Source: a bacterium
GTDB lineage: Bacteria; Electryoneota; Electryoneia; Electryoneales; Electryoneaceae
Assembly: GCA_963675295.2 (NCBI GenBank)
Contig: CAXXKJ010000002.1
Location: forward strand, 2,016,001 to 2,080,000
Length of the DNA: 64,000 nucleotides
Direction of reading: 5' to 3'
Shown piece by piece: positions 61,598 through 64,000 of this stretch (within the stretch, counting starts at the first letter, position 1; every line of letters begins with the position of its first letter). Under the pieces are notes generated by a model that saw only the letters and a list, made by a program, of their open reading frames with translations, searched no databases and had not been told where the DNA came from. Position numbers and translations under genes: made by a program.

Positions 61598-63160
61598 ATG
61601 ACACGCCAGTTCCCGATCCGTACACACCGTCTCCTGACGTTCGACCGTTTGACCCGTTTCCCTATGGTCCTCTTCTTGATCATCCTCCCCCTGCTGATCA
61701 CATCCACCGCCAATGCCCAACCCCCTGACACTCTGTGGACAAAGACTTGGGATTATGGATCAGATTACGAGTACATGGAAGCTGTCCGCGCCTTACCGGA
61801 TGGTGGATACATCGCCACTGGCTATACTGATTACTATGAAACAAACATCCAGTACTGGACAGCCCGGCTCGACCAGGACGGAAACGAAATCTGGCTGCAT
61901 ATTGAAGGATCAGCGTCTTCGGATGGTGCTCATTACATCGAACCGACCAGCGATGGTGGATTCATCCAATGCGGCGAGGTATGGGGAAACGGCTTTGACC
62001 CCTTCATCCGAAAACTGGACGCCGACGGCAACGAAGAGTGGATGACCGTTATCGGAGGCTGGGTGATCGGCGAACTGTTCTATTGTGTCCACGAAGTTCC
62101 GGCTGGGGGGTACATCGCAGTTGGCTATTCCGCGAATGGGACAGCGTTCCGTTTCGACGAGGACGGGAATTTCATGTGGCAATGGACGGACGAGGATTCG
62201 CTCTACAAACCGCAGTGGATTGAACCCACTGCCGATGGCGGTTTTGTGACGTGCTCAGATCACTGGAATGAAGATCTCCAAACTCGTGTACCCATTTTCT
62301 ACAAGCTTGATGCAGATGGAGATGTCGTTTGGAGCAACGATGAGTTGCTTCCTGGACAGCCGGTTCCTGGAAAAGCGTACTGTGTACGCGAAGATGAGGA
62401 CGGATCGCTGTATACATCTGGTGCGATCCGATCAGATTCTACTGGTCTTGATTTCAACGTTGCCAAACGTACTTCAGAGGGAAACGTTATCTGGTCGTTG
62501 GCTGTCTCAAATCCTGACGGACCAAGCGATGGTGGTTCTGACCGATGCTATGAACATGTCATCCTTCCGGATGGAAGTATTATCGGCGGTGGCTACGGGC
62601 AGGATGTGGACAACTACAGCGAACTTTGGCTGATGAAGGTATCATCCGATGGTGAAATGCTCTGGCGGTATGAGACATCATATGGTGATGTTTCCTCCCT
62701 TGATCTGGGTCGAGACGGTTCGATTATCGCGGCATGGTATCCTCGTCTTGGAGGAGGCGTAAATTCCCCCGATCTGGCATTGATAAAGTGGGAACCGGAA
62801 GTGGAGGTGCTGCTAAGCCCGTATGTGGACATCGTCCCACCACAAGGCCGGAGGATGCACTACCGCGCCTATGTCAGTAACATTCTCCTCGACCCAACTC
62901 CGCTCGACGTCTGGGCAACTGTCACCACGCCCGCCGGGAATACGTATCCATTGCAACAGATCACGGTGACACTGCAGCCGGGCGGAACATTCTACCGTCC
63001 CTACGTCCCGCTGGATATTCCCGCCGCCGCACCACCGGGCGAATACACGTTCGAGCTGCATGTTGGCGTCGCGCCACCCGATGATCCGCCCGGCAGACCC
63101 AACGGCAGCCGGACCATGGGGTTGGGATCGTTCACGTTTACGAAAAGCGGTACTCGGTAA
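61598..63160 (+). CDS. secreted beta-propeller-repeat protein with C-terminal Ig-like domain
   Basis: signal peptide ending ANA|Q; repeated DGG(Y/F)I..G and KLDADG...W blades; start 61598 or 61664. Confidence 0.75.
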   Translation: MTRQFPIRTHRLLTFDRLTRFPMVLFLIILPLLITSTANAQPPDTLWTKTWDYGSDYEYMEAVRALPDGGYIATGYTDYYETNIQYWTARLDQDGNEIWLHIEGSASSDGAHYIEPTSDGGFIQCGEVWGNGFDPFIRKLDADGNEEWMTVIGGWVIGELFYCVHEVPAGGYIAVGYSANGTAFRFDEDGNFMWQWTDEDSLYKPQWIEPTADGGFVTCSDHWNEDLQTRVPIFYKLDADGDVVWSNDELLPGQPVPGKAYCVREDEDGSLYTSGAIRSDSTGLDFNVAKRTSEGNVIWSLAVSNPDGPSDGGSDRCYEHVILPDGSIIGGGYGQDVDNYSELWLMKVSSDGEMLWRYETSYGDVSSLDLGRDGSIIAAWYPRLGGGVNSPDLALIKWEPEVEVLLSPYVDIVPPQGRRMHYRAYVSNILLDPTPLDVWATVTTPAGNTYPLQQITVTLQPGGTFYRPYVPLDIPAAAPPGEYTFELHVGVAPPDDPPGRPNGSRTMGLGSFTFTKSGTR

Positions 63161-63196
63161 ACGGTAGTCGGCAATCGGTGGTCGGTTCTCGGTGGC
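63148..63196. repeat. heptamer tandem array CGG(T/C)NNN x7 overlapping a stop codon
   Basis: cggtact cggtaaa cggtagt cggcaat cggtggt cggttct cggtggc. Confidence 0.8.
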
Positions 63197-63232
63197 CGTA
63201 GAATACTAAAAGAAGTGGCGGATGTGTTTGGT

Positions 63233-63391
63233 GTCATTCTGAATGGAACGAAGAGGAATGAAGAATCTGGCTGGATAATCCGGAAACATTTATGAAATGC
63301 GTCATTCTGAACGGAACGAAGAGAAGTGAAGAAGGTTCAGCTTAGATAACGGTCAATTAAGCCCGATCTTCTTCATTTCGTTCAAAATGAC
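63233..63391. repeat. degenerate GTCATTCTGA...AATGAC palindromic element (MITE/REP-like)
   Basis: two direct GTCATTCTGAA(T/C)GGAACGAAGAG..TGAAGAA units at 63233 and 63301, closed by inverted TTCTTCATTTCGTTCAAAATGAC. Confidence 0.65.
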
Positions 63392-63449
63392 GTGATATTC
63401 AAGTTCAGAGTAGCTTGATATCCATCGCTTCGTACGGGATAATGTAAAT

Positions 63450-63490
63450 CGGGGACACTTAGCGGAGTAAGTGTCCCCGTTCTTTTTATT
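63450..63490. terminator. terminator-like hairpin between convergent genes
   Basis: CGGGGACACTTA-GCGGAG-TAAGTGTCCCCG TTCTTTTT. Confidence 0.7.
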
Positions 63491-63523
63491 ACAACGGACT
63501 TAAGTCCGTGGTAATAGATATTA

Positions 63524-63551
63524 CTCACATCTCACATCTCACATCTCACAT
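63524..63551. repeat. perfect heptamer array (CTCACAT)4
   Basis: read directly from the sequence. Confidence 0.85.
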
Positions 63552-63577
63552 CTCGCGACCCGAGCCACAGCCCAGTT

Positions 63578-64000
63578 TCAATCCTTCAGTTCTGCTTCCT
63601 CCGCCGGTCCCTTTTTCTTCGCACGGAAGACCCACAGGTCGCTGATCAGGTAATTGACCAGCATCCCAGCGGCGATGCCGGTGAGGTGGCTGATGTAGTT
63701 GGCGAACGGGAAGTCGCCGAGCGTGCGGTCGACAATCCAGCCGATTACCAGCGGGATGACGAACGACGCGATGAACGTGCTGCCGTGGTAACGGAGCAGA
63801 CGGTTGAAGAAGGTGTTGAAGCTGCGGCCCCGGTCACGCCAGGTCCAGAAAAAATTCCACGAGAAGTTGTGCAGCACTGCGATTTCGATCGCAAGTGCGC
63901 GCGCGATGAAGTCGGCGATCCCGGCTTTTTCGTGCAGCAGCGCATACGCCAGCATGTTGACCAGGATGCCCAGCCCGCCGACGATGCCGAACTTGACAAA
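63578..64000 (-). CDS. GtrA-family membrane protein (start lies outside the window)
   Basis: VKFGIVGGLGILVN, HNFSWNFFWTW, VNYLISDLWVF. Confidence 0.85.
   Translation of the reverse strand, partial: FVKFGIVGGLGILVNMLAYALLHEKAGIADFIARALAIEIAVLHNFSWNFFWTWRDRGRSFNTFFNRLLRYHGSTFIASFVIPLVIGWIVDRTLGDFPFANYISHLTGIAAGMLVNYLISDLWVFRAKKKGPAEEAELKD

Overview
GC-rich bacterial chromosomal segment with no CRISPR array, rRNA, tRNA, integrase or transposase gene. A deep-branching FCB-group organism is likely (inference), based on a Bacteroidota-type insert in AtpD, secreted proteins ending in NYPNPFNP-type sorting domains, and abundant D-S/T sequons. 1-30.6 kb is mostly housekeeping: atpH-A-G-D-C, hydrolases, polA, an S8 protease, USP, a queuosine-precursor transporter, an RlmD-like methyltransferase, M42 peptidase-Hsp20-Lon, tilS-ftsH-folP-accD and an MFS transporter. 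30.8-32.6 kb is an ECF sigma/anti-sigma module with two mirror-image GTAACC-N15-TCGTCC promoters. 33.0-53.3 kb is a complete, self-contained type IVa pilus locus of unusual composition and is the most interesting region. It has an aromatic-rich pilin, pilT, two minor pilins, two tandem ~510-aa PilX-like paralogs, pilMNOP and a short secretin. A Wza/KpsD-like SLBB protein and a 1156-aa Ig-repeat lipoprotein sit between the secretin and pilB-pilC-pilD, and no PilY1 is present. 53.4-63.2 kb holds two divergent paralogous Asp-box secreted proteins, a secreted DNase I-like nuclease, a triple Myb-like-repeat protein, cutA and a compositionally mosaic secreted protein. Intergenic DNA carries a covarying 26-nt REP-like family, other palindromic elements and heptamer arrays placed just after stop codons. 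All calls come from reading motifs by eye; no database searches were run.
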